Positions 50,121-63,640 of a DNA stretch of 64,000 nucleotides are shown one piece after another. Origin of the DNA: Ostrea edulis (Eukaryota); contig NC_079173.1 in assembly GCF_947568905.1 (NCBI RefSeq), positions 30,752,001 to 30,816,000 on the forward strand, in the 5' to 3' direction. The notes below the pieces were generated by a model. The model saw only the letters and a program-made list of their open reading frames with translations, ran no database searches and was not told the DNA's origin. The position numbers were made by a program, and so were the translations under genes. Within the stretch, counting starts at the first letter, position 1, and every line of letters begins with the position of its first letter.

Positions 50121-51627
50121 ACTATAGGATATATGAGATTGATTACTGTTCACCTTTTGATATAATAAAATGTGTATTAAAAACCGCGAACTTAAACTTT
50201 GCAAAAGATTCGTTGTACGAAAAGGACATACCAACTGTGAAATTCAAAGTACAGTGAACATCATCCTGATCCTGATCAGAGCATTTATATGAACATGAAA
50301 CTGTGAACTGACGACTGTGAAAACACGCTTAAGACAATAATCCGCATAAACAAGAATAAGCAGGAGACACTCATGTAGTAAGATTTTTGGGTTGAATTTG
50401 GTTTCGGACTTATTGGTTAATATACATCATCTCCAGTGTTAAAGTTGGTTCTTGGGTTAAAAAGAGCGTAAGTATGAAACGTATAGCTTACCTGTAGTGA
50501 ATATCCACCTTAAATTTTCTGGATCAATCACGGCACGGTAAGATCCACGTGGTCAGAAATTGATCTTCAGACAGCCAGATGTTGCTCCTCGTCATCTTTT
50601 CCTTTTGTGTATAGACAACACCCATATGTTTTACACGCTGTTAAGTAATTCTATTTTAATATTACCATTTCAATCAACCATCATAAAGAACCCAGGCTGT
50701 TTTACTAATTATAATTTCGTAAAAAAAAATATCGATATTTAGTAAATATGAATTGTTTTATGGTGTAGATTTCACTGACAAGTCCTTGTTTACTTTTTCA
50801 GACGTACATCAAAATCATATTCCCGATAATCCACTTTAAATTCGCCATACATGACAACTCCGGCCCGTGTCTTACAAAAGTTGTCTCCCCGGTTTCCCTA
50901 TAATCTTCTCCTCCAAAGAGTATTTCATCCATAGGTCTCGTGGTGTCTATGTACCTTACTAAGTCTTACCACCTATAGTGAAACCCTTGAGATGTAGTCC
51001 GTATATTAGTAGGCAACAAGCAATATATATAAGGCGTTGATCGACCATCTGCAGTATGTATAGATTAGGAAGTAGACTTTATCTAAAACCAATAACCTAT
51101 ACATAATACTGCGCCATGATTAAAATATATATCGAGACTATATGGTTTTTTTTTATTGAATCATTTATCTATTTTGATCATTTACATTGTATTTGCTTGA
51201 CATAATTTGGAATAATATTGAGTAGTTGTAACGAGTTTGCAATGATGACCATCGAATTGGTTTTTAAATCAATTTGATATAACAATGAATATTGACATGG
51301 GGTTAGACTACAAAAACGAAAACCTAATTCTATAAGCAATATATTTATACGTGTAAATAAAAGAACAACCCAAAATGAAAAGGAACGTACTGTAAATTTG
51401 AAATTGATTTCCTATAGTTTTAATTTTTTCTAATAGTAAGCAGTCTTCCATCTTAATATCAGCTGTAGCGATGCTAGAAATTATTTACAAAATGTATTAT
51501 GTATTATTGTATATATCAAAGTAATTCCGCTGGGTTAAAAAAAATCAATATTGATTTATCTTCTCTACACAGTTCACACTGATTTAATGAATCATTTGCT
51601 CTATGCAAAAACTCTGGATCAATGGAT

Positions 51628-52330
51628 ATTTACTATGGGTAGAGGCCCAGGCGTGTTAACTATGGGTAGAGGCCCAGACGTCTTAACTATGGGTAGATAC
51701 CCAGACATGTTAATTATGGGTAGAGACCCAGGCATGTTAACTATGAGTAGAGGCCCAGGCGTGTTAACTATGCGTAGAGGCCCAGACGTCTTAACTATGG
51801 GTAGAGGCCCAGGCGTCTTAACTATGGGTAGAGGCCCAGGCGTCTTAACTATGGGTAGAGGCCCAGACGTCTTAACTATGGGTAGAGGCCCAGGCGTGTT
51901 AACTATGGGTAGAGGCTCAGACGTGTTAACTATGGATAGAGACACAGACGTGTTAACTATGGGTAGAGACCCAGACGTGTTAACTATGGGTAGAGATCCA
52001 GACATGTTAACTATGGGTAGAGATCCAGACGTGTTAACTATGGGTAGAGACTCAGACGTGTTAACTATGGGTAGAGATCCAGACGTGTTAACTATGGATA
52101 GAGGCCCAGACATGTTAACTATGGGTAGAGACCCAGACGTGTTAACTATGGGTAGAGACCCAGACGTGTTAACTATGGGTAGAGGCCCAGACATGTTAAC
52201 TATGGGTAGAGGCCCAGGCGTGTTAACTATGGGTAGAGGCCCAGGCGTGTTAACTATGGGTAGAGACCCAGACGTGTTAACTATGGGTAGAGACCCAGGC
52301 GTGCTAACAATAGGTAGACCTAGGCGTGTT
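51628..52330. repeat. 27-bp minisatellite, about 26 copies
   Basis: Unit ttaactatgggtagaggcccaggcgtg and variants. Confidence 0.95.
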
Positions 52331-52877
52331 ACGGTGTATATCCCTGTAATCAGCGTATTTGATATCGTGCCTGGCGTGCGATACTCTTTTACAATTATAA
52401 AAGAAAATACTTCTTTCCTATCATTTGGTAAAACGAACATATTTCATGAGCGGATACAGAGGGAGAGGGGGACTGGAAACCCCTCCCCACGAGATTTGTC
52501 AAGAGGTGAGGTCCTCGGACCCCATTTCTAACAAGTCGCAAGGGAGGGGGGGGGGGTCCGGACCCAACATGAGGTTTGTTTATGGGTTTGTTTTGGCTCG
52601 CTTTTGCTTGCCAATTTCATAAAAACTCTTGTACAGAAGAGAACTAAGGACCCTCTATCGACATTTTATTACATTTTAGTAGAGATGAACAAATTATGAT
52701 ATTAGTATTAATGACAATGAAGTGACTAAATTGTATATGGCATGTCAAACGTTGCAATATTTGATCTTTTTCATTTGTATTGTATATTTTTCCATTTGTA
52801 TTCTATATGTTCTGTTTGTTTGTTGTTGTTTTTTTATCCAGTGGACATCGAGGATGTGGAAGCATTCATTCTTATTA

Positions 52878-53826
52878 TCTGAAAAAAATATTGGGACGGA
52901 TCAGAGGGCTACAGATCCACCCCTTGAAAAACCCTTCCATTTACAGCGCACAAAAACATGAACACGGTTGAGGCCTCATATCGTTGTATACTTGCATTGC
53001 CGTCTCATAAATTTAATACCAAAAAAATTCCAACATTTTTTTCTACTATACTTGTGTCCAAACATACCTTCAAATATTAACTAATTCCTCATACGACCCT
53101 AAAATCTACAGTTTCAATTGAATTCGTTTGTTGAAGTAGCCATGTTAGGTAGCCAGTCAATTCGTATCCCGGTTCATTTCCATACTTACACAATAACGTC
53201 TAGATCTATGAGAATTAATGTCCTCGCAAATATTCTAGTCAATATTTTAGATAATATATCATCCCAGTTCGATAAATGATAATTATTGAAATAGGTAAAC
53301 TCACGGCTTCGCGGCTTTCATTAGTCTGACGCGGTCCCCATCCCTGTCATACGAGCGTAGGGGACCAGACTCGGCTTAAATTGTAGCATTTTCAATAATC
53401 AAGATCTTATTCTACCTTTAGATGAGCTGCTTTTTAAAAAACAAAAAATTCTATTAATCATTAGTGTTTATGATAAATGAAGACCAAATACATATTATAA
53501 ATAGATACCAAGAGCAACAGGGTTCGAATTGACTGGCTACCTAACATGGCTACGTCAACAAACGGTATCGTCTGAAGCTGCGAGTTTTCGGGTCGTATCG
53601 GGATTTAATGAATATATCTGAAGGTATGTTTGGACACACGTATAGAAGGAAAATATATTAGGATTTTTTTAGTATTAAATTTATGAGAATGCAATGCAAG
53701 AATATAGCGATATTAGGCCTCAGCCGTGCGCAGCTTTTTGTGACCCGTAAATCGAAGGTTTTTTTTTTTTTTTTTTTTATAAGGGGTGGATCGGTAGCTC
53801 TCTGATCCGTCCCAATATTTTTTCAG
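52878..53826. mobile_element. Foldback element with inverted arms of about 320 bp
   Basis: ctgaaaaaaatattgggacggatcaga... mirrored at 53826; arms at about 52878-53195 and 53515-53826; no TSD found. Confidence 0.7.
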
Positions 53827-53999
53827 AGTGCTACAGTTATGCAGCTATTAGATACACGATTCATAGTTTTAGATAATTTTCATTTTCTACTAAATATATG
53901 ATTTATAGTTTTAGTTATGAGAAAGTCCAGCGTTTTAGAAGTTTCCCCCGAGAAAAAATATCAACTAACGAGTTATCTAAAATGTTATTAATAACTACC

Positions 54000-54203
54000 T
54001 TGTGTTTGTCGTAAGAGGCGACTGAATGGGGACAGTCTTTCGGTTGAGACCGCAAAAACCGAGGTCCCGTGTCACAGTAGATGTACCAAGATAAAGATCC
54101 CGCCTTGCTCAATGTCCGTAAGCGCCGTGCATAGGTCTAGATTTTGCATCCCTTTACCGGTAATGGTGACGTCTCTTTATGAGTGATAAATTCTCGAGCG
54201 TCC
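54000..54203 (+). mobile_element. SINE family B, 5'-truncated
   Basis: ttgtcgtaagaggcgactgaatgggg...gtgacgtctctttatgagtgataaattctcgagcg. Confidence 0.7.
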
Positions 54204-54319
54204 AGGATGTTATGATATCTGATATTCGAAACAAAGAGAAACAATACGTACACGTGGAAACTTTTAGAATGGTGTAGGAGCTTGGATACCTCGTGTACTG
54301 CTGCTTTTTCCTACGATAG

Positions 54320-54630
54320 GTGAAGATAACAAACAGTGATCAATCTCAGAACTCCCACAAGGAATACGAAATTAAAAGTTGTCAAACACGGACCCCTAGA
54401 CATACCAGAGGTGGGATCGGGTACCTAGGAGGAGTAAGCATCCCCTGTCGACCGGTCAAACCCGCCTTGAGCCCTATGTCTTGATCAGTTAAACGGAGTA
54501 ATCCGTAGTCAAAATCAGAGTGCCAAGAGCGGCCTAACAATCGGTATGAAACACGTCAGACAGCTTTTGACCCAATGATAGGTCATATGGGCAAACTAGA
54601 TCATTATAAAGACAACAGAATTTGCGAATT
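54320..54630 (-). mobile_element. Naiad-type Penelope-like 3' fragment
   Basis: ggtgaagataacaaacagtgatcaatctc...gagtaagcatcccctgtcgaccggtc...gaaacacgtcagacagc matches the other copies. Confidence 0.8.
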
Positions 54631-55475
54631 TGCTATATATTTTTACGATCAATAAGGAATGTTCGCAAAGATTAAGACTATACTGAGTTTAATTGTTTTA
54701 ATTTGATTAACAATGAAAACGTTTGATTTTGTAAACTCACAAGAAGCTTGTTTTCGTTTTTAACCTGTTTGTGTTACATCCATCTGACTAAACACGTCGA
54801 ACTTTCCAACTATGATACGCATGCGCACTTCGCCACGTGTCTGTTACTAAGTAAATCAATCGTCTTTCCTGCAACATATATCTTTTTTGTTCTATTCTCG
54901 GCTTAGCATCTTACCTTCTTTCACTATGTTTTCCAATGACACCGTCCACAAACCGTTCATCCGGGATTTTGACTGTGTTACATATTTCTGTAGAAACTGA
55001 GCACGCTTCGCAGGTAAGATTTCTGTGTTACAAGAGTGGAAAACAATTTCTTGTCTTTCGAACAGCGATTTCTTAAATGAATTCATACCAAATTACGTAA
55101 AACGTATATCTAGAAACTGAGAGATAGTATTACAAATAAATAAAGGTATCGAGTATTATTCAGCTCATTTCATGACAGTCCTAGAAGAGTCACTGTTACA
55201 TTTTCAAGCGACAATTTAGAATTAAATGTTTACAAAATATTACTGATGACTCTGGAAAGGACTAGATATCATTAATCCACCGAAATCAACCGTCGTGCAT
55301 TCGTTGATAGATTTTCATTCACAGTTGAAAAAATTATGTTGCTGAAAAACTGCAGGTATAGGGAGTTTGAAAGATACTAGCAAAAAATTTATGGTAAATT
55401 ATGACTGTGTGAAAGATTTTTAAAAATTATTTTTTCAACCTAAGATTGTGTAATATGCCCTATCCTACTTTATGT

Positions 55476-55518
<43 letters not shown>

Positions 55519-56739
55519 ACAATGTATCTTATATCATTGAAGATTCCGTTCGCCTATAAATATTGATGATGTTACTGTGTAGTGCTAAATTACATGTAAT
55601 CTATGTACATATGTGAAAATCAATTAAAAAACAATAAATTAAAAAAAAAGACGCAGGTTGTGTCGAGTGAGGTTTGAAAAGCCACAGTGTCGTGGCAGTC
55701 GTGTCGTGTCGGGGCTCTCTGACTGGTAATGGTGTTTTTTTAATTTGTGTGAATTTTTTCTTGAACCTTTTGAGCCTTTCACTTTTTGAAAATCGATATG
55801 TTCTACTGAATAACAATTGGATGATAACTACTTTTTTAAGGTAGTCTATGCTCTGCATAATCTATATCAATTTGTTTGAAATTTAAATATCATTTCTTAG
55901 TATTTTTATGCATGAAAACATGTCAAGTAATAACTGTATAAAATCTTAAAAAGATCAAAGGAAAGAATAGGAAAAAATAATAGGTCTTGATATTACAGTC
56001 TCAAGAGTGGTTTCAAATTAAATGTACCATACATACTGTTTAACAGGGCATTGTTAGTGTACCTTGAAGCATCGAACTTTTGATGGAATGTTTAATCAAT
56101 TGCAGCCTAAAAGCAAATGATATTCATCTTTGCAAAAAAAAAACTTATATCTATTTCTTATTTACTCTTGGTTTATATCGATTTAAAATAGCCTATACGT
56201 CAGTTTTAAGAAGAATCAAATAGTTTGTCACTGCAGTAAACATCTTTAAAATCGATTATTCAATATGTTATATTTGATACAGAAGACTACATTGTTGTAT
56301 TGAACACTTCTTGAAGCTTCCAAGAAGGCAAATTATTTAAAATTCAATCCATTATTAAGATTTCTTGCGTGGCGGAATTGAATATCCATATTCATTATAT
56401 TAAAGTAAATCTTCCTGCTAATATTCACTATTTCTTCACTACAGTATTCATTATCATAAAACAAAAACATACAACAACAAAAAAACATACCAAAAACAAA
56501 AAACAAAAACAAAAAACCACCCCTAAGCCGATAATTGAATTTTCTCATTACCCAGCCTTAGCTACCGTCAGGTAAACACAAATGTTAAATTCAACATCCG
56601 CGCCCTTGTTGTGACTAGCTCTTTATTTGATCGAAAACATTTAATCCACAATTATTTCTTATAAAACATTATATTCCCTATCCAAGTCGTCCAGATCATG
56701 ATACTCATAATTTTGCATTTACGGTAGCTCACCGAAATA

Positions 56740-57142
56740 CCGTATAACGGGATATTTTTGCGTATCACAAATTTTGCGAAAATACCCATAAAACACTGTT
56801 AATTTTTATTTGCGTAGTTCTTTGTTTGCGATTCTCCAAGTTACAAATTAATTAACACTTGACAGGTTTCAATTTTGTACAAAACAGACATTACTGTTAC
56901 GCGTGTCGTCGCTCAGCAAATTAACAGGTGCGTGTACAGAGTGATAACACCTGACCACCGTTTAAGATAATTCAGTACTACATCCGAGGGGGTGAGTTTC
57001 TACTCACTGAGTTATTTTTATCTTGTAAAGTATGGTACACAATCGGTGTAAATATTTTGCAAATCTAAATGTTTGCGATTCAAAAATACTCGCAAAGAAA
57101 GCGAAAATTGGATTATCGCGAGAGAAAAAAACCGTTATACGG
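56740..57142. mobile_element. TA-flanked Tc1/mariner-like MITE
   Basis: ta|ccgtataacgg ... ccgttatacgg|ta with subterminal tttgcga repeats. Confidence 0.7.
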
Positions 57143-60100
57143 TAATATTTGTTTTCTTCTTGCGAAATTGCGAGAACAAGATCTCATGTTTCTCCTGCTC
57201 ATATATATCATCCCATTTTAAGCCTTTATACCTTTCGTGATTCAAAATTACTGCCGTAACACTTAACGACAAATTTCCGCTCTGCTCTGTTTTGGAACTA
57301 TTGTTATAAAAATATCATTAGTGTCCTCTTCGTCAGTAGAGATTATCAACAGACGTATATGTGATGTCGATCCTGATAGGTCGATGGTACCGGATTTAAC
57401 CGTAGTATCGAGATACAAGACATCATTAAAGGTTTAGGTAGCAGGGGACAGTTTCGCACTATAGGCCCGGTCAAGTTTCTTAAAAATGGAGATACCCCAT
57501 ATTTGAAGTGATATTACATGTGTAAAAATGTGTAGAATAATTTTAGGATACATTACAAGTGTATCTGAGTGCTTAGTGAAAAAAAATATGATATGCAACA
57601 TGTAGGTGTCACCATGATGCCTAGTATATAGATGGGTGCAAATGCGAAACTAAGACACGTGGTCAGCAGCTGAAGAAATTCAGATTAAAACCTAGAGGGT
57701 CCAGGAAAAGGTAGGTAGCTCAGAGGGAAGGTGGATGGCCCCATATAAAAGGTAGATTTTAAGAAGGTTAGACAGGGTTCTTGATTGTGCACATCGTCTA
57801 TATCGCCTCGCTTGGTACTGTGGTGGTGTGGGGGTGGTGCGGATTTAGCCCAAATGACAGAAAATCAGAGCAAGAAGGGGGCACCTGCTCAGGGCATGTT
57901 TTGTGCAGCAACACCTGCATATATGGATGACATTTAATTTAGGGCCCTAATTTAATAACTACACTAATATGAAATACAAATATTGAGAAAACAGGTTAGT
58001 ATGATTTTTCATTAACCTGTCATAACCTGATTTAGATGTATACCCCCTTCCCACATGTTGAAAAACCAAAACAAAAAACAAAAACAAAAAAAACTCGATC
58101 TCTGCCATTTTAATAACAGAGACACACAACAACTCGTACATAAATACATTCGTACTTATTATAAACACTACAATCCTCCCCTAACTGAATATAAGCTATC
58201 AGCAGCATTTATACAACAAAAACTCATAATTGAACTATCTGTTAATTATCAAACAAAATCCTTTCAAATTCTTTCTAAAGGCAGCTGAGTTCTTATCATG
58301 GGTTCTGGTTTAGACGGTGCACTAACTAATTGACATCCATGACAACTACGACAGGTTTTTTCTACGCTTCTGGCCACCATAGTTTTGAACGCAAGTTTCT
58401 CTTCATCACAATAATTCCGGGATATCCCTCATGTCCTAATTCAAGAATCCTGGCACGCAGATTTTTCGGTATTACAATTCTGGTGCCTCGCAGAATAATT
58501 GACCAATAGCACAAAGTTCATTCCTGACAGGTAGATATTCCTTGAATTGACAACGCTCCCATTGTCCTGATAAGATACATTTACGTACATCACTCAGTTC
58601 ATCATCATTTTCTGACGCGCGTTCGATTTCTTTAGTTGTGATTGCTATAGGAGTTGCAGCTACTGTAATACTACGAATATACTCCTCAGTGTCATCATTA
58701 TCCGATTGTTTTTTAACCAGTTTTGGAACAAGTCTTGATAATGAGTCTGCAATGTTCTTGGTTCCTGAAATGTACTTCACATGGTAATCAAATGATTGTA
58801 ACCGAAGAACCCAACGTTCTATCCTAGCTCTCGGTTTTGACTTGACAGACAATATACACTCCAGCGGTCGATGATCTGTCCACAATTCGAATTTTGATCC
58901 AATGAGATACATGTGAAAACGTTCACATCCCCAAATCAGACCTAATGCTTCCTTTTCAGTTTGAGAGTATCGCCTCTCAACATCAGAGTTCTACTTGCGT
59001 ACATGATAACTCGATAGTCAGTCCCTTGTTTTTGAACAAGTACAGCTCCAAGTCCAACTGGGCTTGCATCGGTAATCACAATGGTCTGCGCTAAAGGATC
59101 AAAGTATCCCAATGTACTAGCTTGTGACAACTGGTCTTTCAGTTCCTGAAATGACTTAGCTTGTTCTGGTCCCCACTTAAATGGAGCATTCTTACGGGTC
59201 AACTTCCTCAATGGTTCCGCTATAGTGGCTAAATTTGCAATGAATCTACCACTAAAATTCACCAATCCCAAGAAACTTCGTACCTCTGAAATAGTTTCAG
59301 GTTGTCTAGCCTCCATAATGGCCTCCAATTTAGATTTAGCCATGCCGATACCGTGTTGAGAGAGAACATGTCCCATAAATTCAATGTGCGTCATGTTAAA
59401 TTGACATTTTTCAATGTTCAATGTTAGTCCTCGGTCACAAAGTTTTTGAAGCACAGCATCTAATCGTTTATCATGCTCATCTGTAGTTTTCCCTGCACAA
59501 CAATATAATCAAAGATACTCTGAACACCATCACGTCCATCCAGTGTTTGTTGAATGATCTTATTATACAGTTCTGGCGCGCAACTTATACCAAACAGAAG
59601 TCTTTTATAACGATACATGCCCTTGTGAGTCATGAATGTAGTAATCTTTTGCGACTCTAGATCTAGTACAATGTGGTGGTATGCAAGTTTGATATCCAGT
59701 TTGGAAAATACAGTGCTTTGATTAAAGTCCTGTAACACTTCTTCAACGGTGGGTATAAGATACCTTTCACGCATAACAGCCCGATTTGCTTGCCCCATGT
59801 CAACACATAAGCGAATATCATTCTTCTTCGGAACAACTACCACAGGTGAAACCCAAGGACTCGGTTCATCGACTTTCTCAAAGATATCTTGAGAAACAAG
59901 TTCATCTAGTTTGTGTTCTAATTTTTCACGCAAATGGTATGCTACACGCCGGACAGGTTGTACCACAGGTCATACATCTGAATCAATTGGAATTTTGAGA
60001 GAATATTTTCTGAGTTTTCCGATTCCTGTGAAACATTTTGGAAATTTCTCCTTCAATTCTGATTTTCTATCAACGACATTCATGTTAATGTGTGGTATCT

Positions 60101-61282
60101 CCATTTTCTGCAATCCTAGCTCTGTTGCCGAATCTTTACAAAGAATTCCTGGTCCTTCCTCCTGAATAACATAGAATTCAGTATTAATCGTCCTGATCGT
60201 TCCCATAACTTGAACATCAGTTTGGAATATACCTAGAACAGTTAGTTGTTTCCCTCCATATTTAAACCGTCAGGTTTTTTTTTGTTGTTGTTGATTTCTG
60301 ACTTGTACATTTCACCTTGTTTGCCTTTAAGGATTCCCATAGCTTGTTTCCCATCACATTAACTGTTGCTCCAGAGTCAACTAATAATTTGGTCTCAACT
60401 CCTCCTACAGTTAAGTTGACAAACACATTATTGGACACAATGAATGCGTATTCAGCGTCATCAACAGTTCTAACACTCTGTCGTTGTGCTTTTTTGATGT
60501 ATGACTCTGCTTTTCACTTTTACACATTTTTTCAAAATGTCCTTGTTTACCACACTTGTGACATGACAGTGTCTTGGCGGGACAGTTTGTATCACGTTTC
60601 ATATGGCCTCTTCTTCCACATGCGAAACAAATTGTATCGGACGTTTTCTTTGCTGGCTTGTTTCTATACCTTGATTCCTGAATTCTATTCACCGATTTTG
60701 TTGATACCTCGTAACTTTCCTTCCCTTCCATTGCGAGAGCTTGTTTTTCCGAAAACTCGATGGTCTGAGCCGTTTGTCTGACAAGTTCAAGAGTAAGGTT
60801 TTTCATTTCTAAGAGTTTCCTTCTTAATCTATGAGACAAACATTTTTCAATGACTTGGTCTCTTATCATTTCATCTTGGGCTACACCTAATTCACAATAC
60901 ACAGCTTTTCAGTTTCATTCACTTGCTGAGATGTAGCTCTGAATAAAGAACGTTCGTAAGGCACATTTTTCAATGGTGAAAAATGGTCTGTGAGCAACTT
61001 GCACGTGACATCATAAACAGTTTCATCTTCTCTTTGGGCACGTTCCTCTAACGTATAATAAATATCTTGAACTTCATTACCTGCAGAATGTAGCAGCACT
61101 GCTGTCAATTGTCCTGGTTCCTGGACTCCTTTTCCAAGACTGTATAAACCGAAACTACGAAGCCATTTTTTCCAGCGAAATCCCACGTTGTGTACATCTC
61201 CACTTGGATCGAATTTCGTCATTCCCCCAATTTCCACAGCCTTCATCTTAAATGTGGGCTAACTATGGCCTTTGTTCGATTT

Positions 61283-61295
61283 ATCCTCGTCGCCA
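61283..61295 (-). promoter_or_regulatory. Primer binding site of the Gypsy element (tRNA-Ser-like)
   Basis: TGGCGACGAGGAT, 5 nt inside the 5' LTR end, is complementary to a tRNA-Ser 3' end of the form ...ATCCTCGTCGCCA. Confidence 0.75.
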
Positions 61296-61300
61296 CTTTA

Positions 61301-61469
61301 TGTGATGTCGACCCTGATAGGTTGATGGTACCGGATTTAACCGTAGTATCGAGATACAAGACACCATTAAAGGTTTATCATTTTAATAACAACACAGACA
61401 CACAACAACTCGTACATAAACACATTCGTACTTATTATAAACACATTCGTACTTATTATAAACACTACA
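61301..61469 (-). repeat. Gypsy 5' LTR (169 bp, with a 21-bp internal duplication)
   Basis: Near-identical to 57360-57436 plus 58106-58172; acacattcgtacttattataa occurs twice. Confidence 0.9.
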
Positions 61470-61544
61470 GTATAGACATGAACAATAAGTGGAAAAGTTT
61501 GGAATAATAGGCTCATACAATGTCCTTCAACTGAATCACTCATT

Positions 61545-62210
61545 TAGCTACAGGAACCCACGTTTAATAACTTCACCGTTCAACCTTACCTGCAAATCAG
61601 TGGCACGGCTATGGGAACTAAGATGACACCATCTTTATGACGAGACTGGAACGGAGCCTCCTATATTATTCACCAGTTAAACTCCTTTGTTGGCTACGTT
61701 TCATAGATGACATTGAGATGAAATGGGTTGACGATCGTGAAAGCTTCAACGACTTTATCATCAAGCTCATTGTGGAAATTTCAAGAATACTTTGTTGGAT
61801 GCCAGAGCCACACTTACAAACGGGGAAAATGAGTTTAATCTCCACACTAAAGATTTATACTTTGTGCCATCCAGCCACCCCACCCCAGAATTCTACTCCT
61901 ACTGCTTTCCAAGAGCAAGAACAAATTCTTAAAACTCATCTGGAAAAGAGAGGATACGATACTTGCACGATACAATCCGTATTTGATGAAATGTCACGGC
62001 AGGACTGACAGTCTCTCGGACTCTCTCCTTCAATACAAAGAAAGACCACAGACTGACAAGGTAACACTAGTAACCATGTATCATCCCGCTCTCAAGAACC
62101 TCACACAGTAATCTGACAAAACATCCGCCTATTATGTGTGCCAATAAACTGATGTTTTCAAAGAACCGCCTATGGCATCCTTCAGACGCCGCAGAAACCT
62201 GAAGGACATG
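61545..62210 (+). mobile_element. Penelope-like element RT/thumb fragment (canonical domain order), degenerate
   Basis: Frameshifted translation gives FNNFT...[47 protein letters not shown] and VFKEPPMASFRRRRNLKDM, all typical PLE RT motifs. Confidence 0.8.
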
Positions 62211-63640
62211 ATACCAGATTCTGATAATAAACCCATAGTCTTCACCGTGACTTTACTAGATTTTGATACTAAACCCATTGACTTCACCATGACTTTACTA
62301 GATTATGATAATAAACCCATTGACTTCACCATGACTTTACTAGATTCTTATAATAAACCCATTGACTTCACTGTGACTTTACCAGATTCTGATAATAAAT
62401 CCATTGACTTCACCGTGACTTTACCAGATTCTGATAATAAACCCATTGACTTCACCATGACTTTACCAGATTCTGATAATAAAACCATTGACTTCACCAG
62501 ATTCTGATAATAAAACCATTGACTTCACCATGACTTTACTATATTCTGATAATAAAACCATTGACTTCACCAGATTCTGATGATAAACCCATTGACTTCA
62601 CCATGACTTTACCAGATTCTGATAATAAACCCATTGACTTCACCGTGACTTTACCAGAATCTGATAATAGACTCATTGACTTCACCATGACTTTTCCAGA
62701 TTCTGATAATAAACCCATTGACTTCACCATGACTTTACCAGATTCTGATGATAAACTCATTGACTTCACCAGGTTCTGATACTAAACCCATTGACTTCAC
62801 CATGACTTTACCAGATTCTGATAATAAACCCATTGACTTCACCCGTGACATTCACATATGATGCCGAGCGTTTGACGATGGAACTATCACTACCTGTTTT
62901 AACGACTTAGGTGTGTCGCGGCCGGGATTCGAATCCCGGGCCTTCCGCATGACTTCACCATGACTTTACCAGATTCTGATATTAAACTCATTGACTTCAC
63001 CATGACTTTACTAGATTCTGATAATAAAACCATTGACTTCACCATGACTTTACCAGATTCTGATAATAAACCCATTGACTTCACCATGACTTTACCAGAT
63101 TCTGATAATAAACCCATTGACTTCACCATGACTTTACCAGATTCTGATAATAAACCCATTGACTTCACCATGACTTTACCAGATTCTGATAATAAACTCA
63201 TTGACTTCACCATGAATTTACTATATTCTGATAATAAACCCATTGACTTCACCATGACTTTACCAGATTCTGATAATAAACCCATTGACTTCACCATGAC
63301 TTTACTAGATTCTGATAATAAAACCATTGACTTCACCATGACTTTACTATATTCTGATAATAAACCTATTGACTTCACCATGACTTTACCAGATTCTGAT
63401 AATAAACCCATTGACTTCACCATGGCTTTACCAGGTTCTGATAATAAACCCATTGACTTCACCATGGCTTTACCAGGTTCTGATAATAAACCCATTGACT
63501 TCACCATGACTTTACTATATTCTGATAATAAAACCATTGACTTCACCAGATTCTGATGATAAACCCATTGACTTCACCATGACTTTACTAGATTCTGATA
63601 CTAAACCCATTGACTTCACCGTTACTTTACCAGGTTCTGA
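62211..63640. repeat. 42-bp minisatellite, about 30 copies, interrupted by a SINE fragment
   Basis: Unit atgactttaccagattctgataataaacccattgacttcacc. Confidence 0.95.
62841..62950 (-). mobile_element. SINE family A 5' fragment embedded in the 42-bp array
   Basis: cccgtgacattcacatatgatgccgagcg...gccgggattcgaatcccgggccttccgcatg matches 44033-44142. Confidence 0.75.

Larger units (their letters stand above)
57360..61469 (-). mobile_element. Gypsy/Ty3 LTR retrotransposon, degenerate (frameshifts, integrase core missing)
   Basis: TG...CA LTRs at 61469-61301 and 58172-57360, the latter interrupted by an insert of about 670 bp. TSD GTATA at 57355-57359 and 61470-61474. PBS TGGCGACGAGGAT (61295-61283); PPT AGGGGAGGAT (58182-58173). 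gag with two CCHC knuckles (CFACGRRGHMKRDTNC, CHKCGKQGHFEKMC), protease LLVDSGATV, RT (SPWVSPVVVVPKK, LFGISCAPE), RNase H (TDASPVGLGAVL, TDHRPL). Only the integrase zinc finger remains (CRSCHGCQ). Confidence 0.93.

Noticed and set aside
54892-55086. 64-aa ORF with a donor-like site as an exon
   Set aside because: No recognisable protein similarity and no compatible partner exons found.
55240-55295. CUGAUGA motif as a hammerhead ribozyme (also on the minus strand at about 63725)
   Set aside because: No properly placed stem II followed by GAAA and no cleavage triplet.
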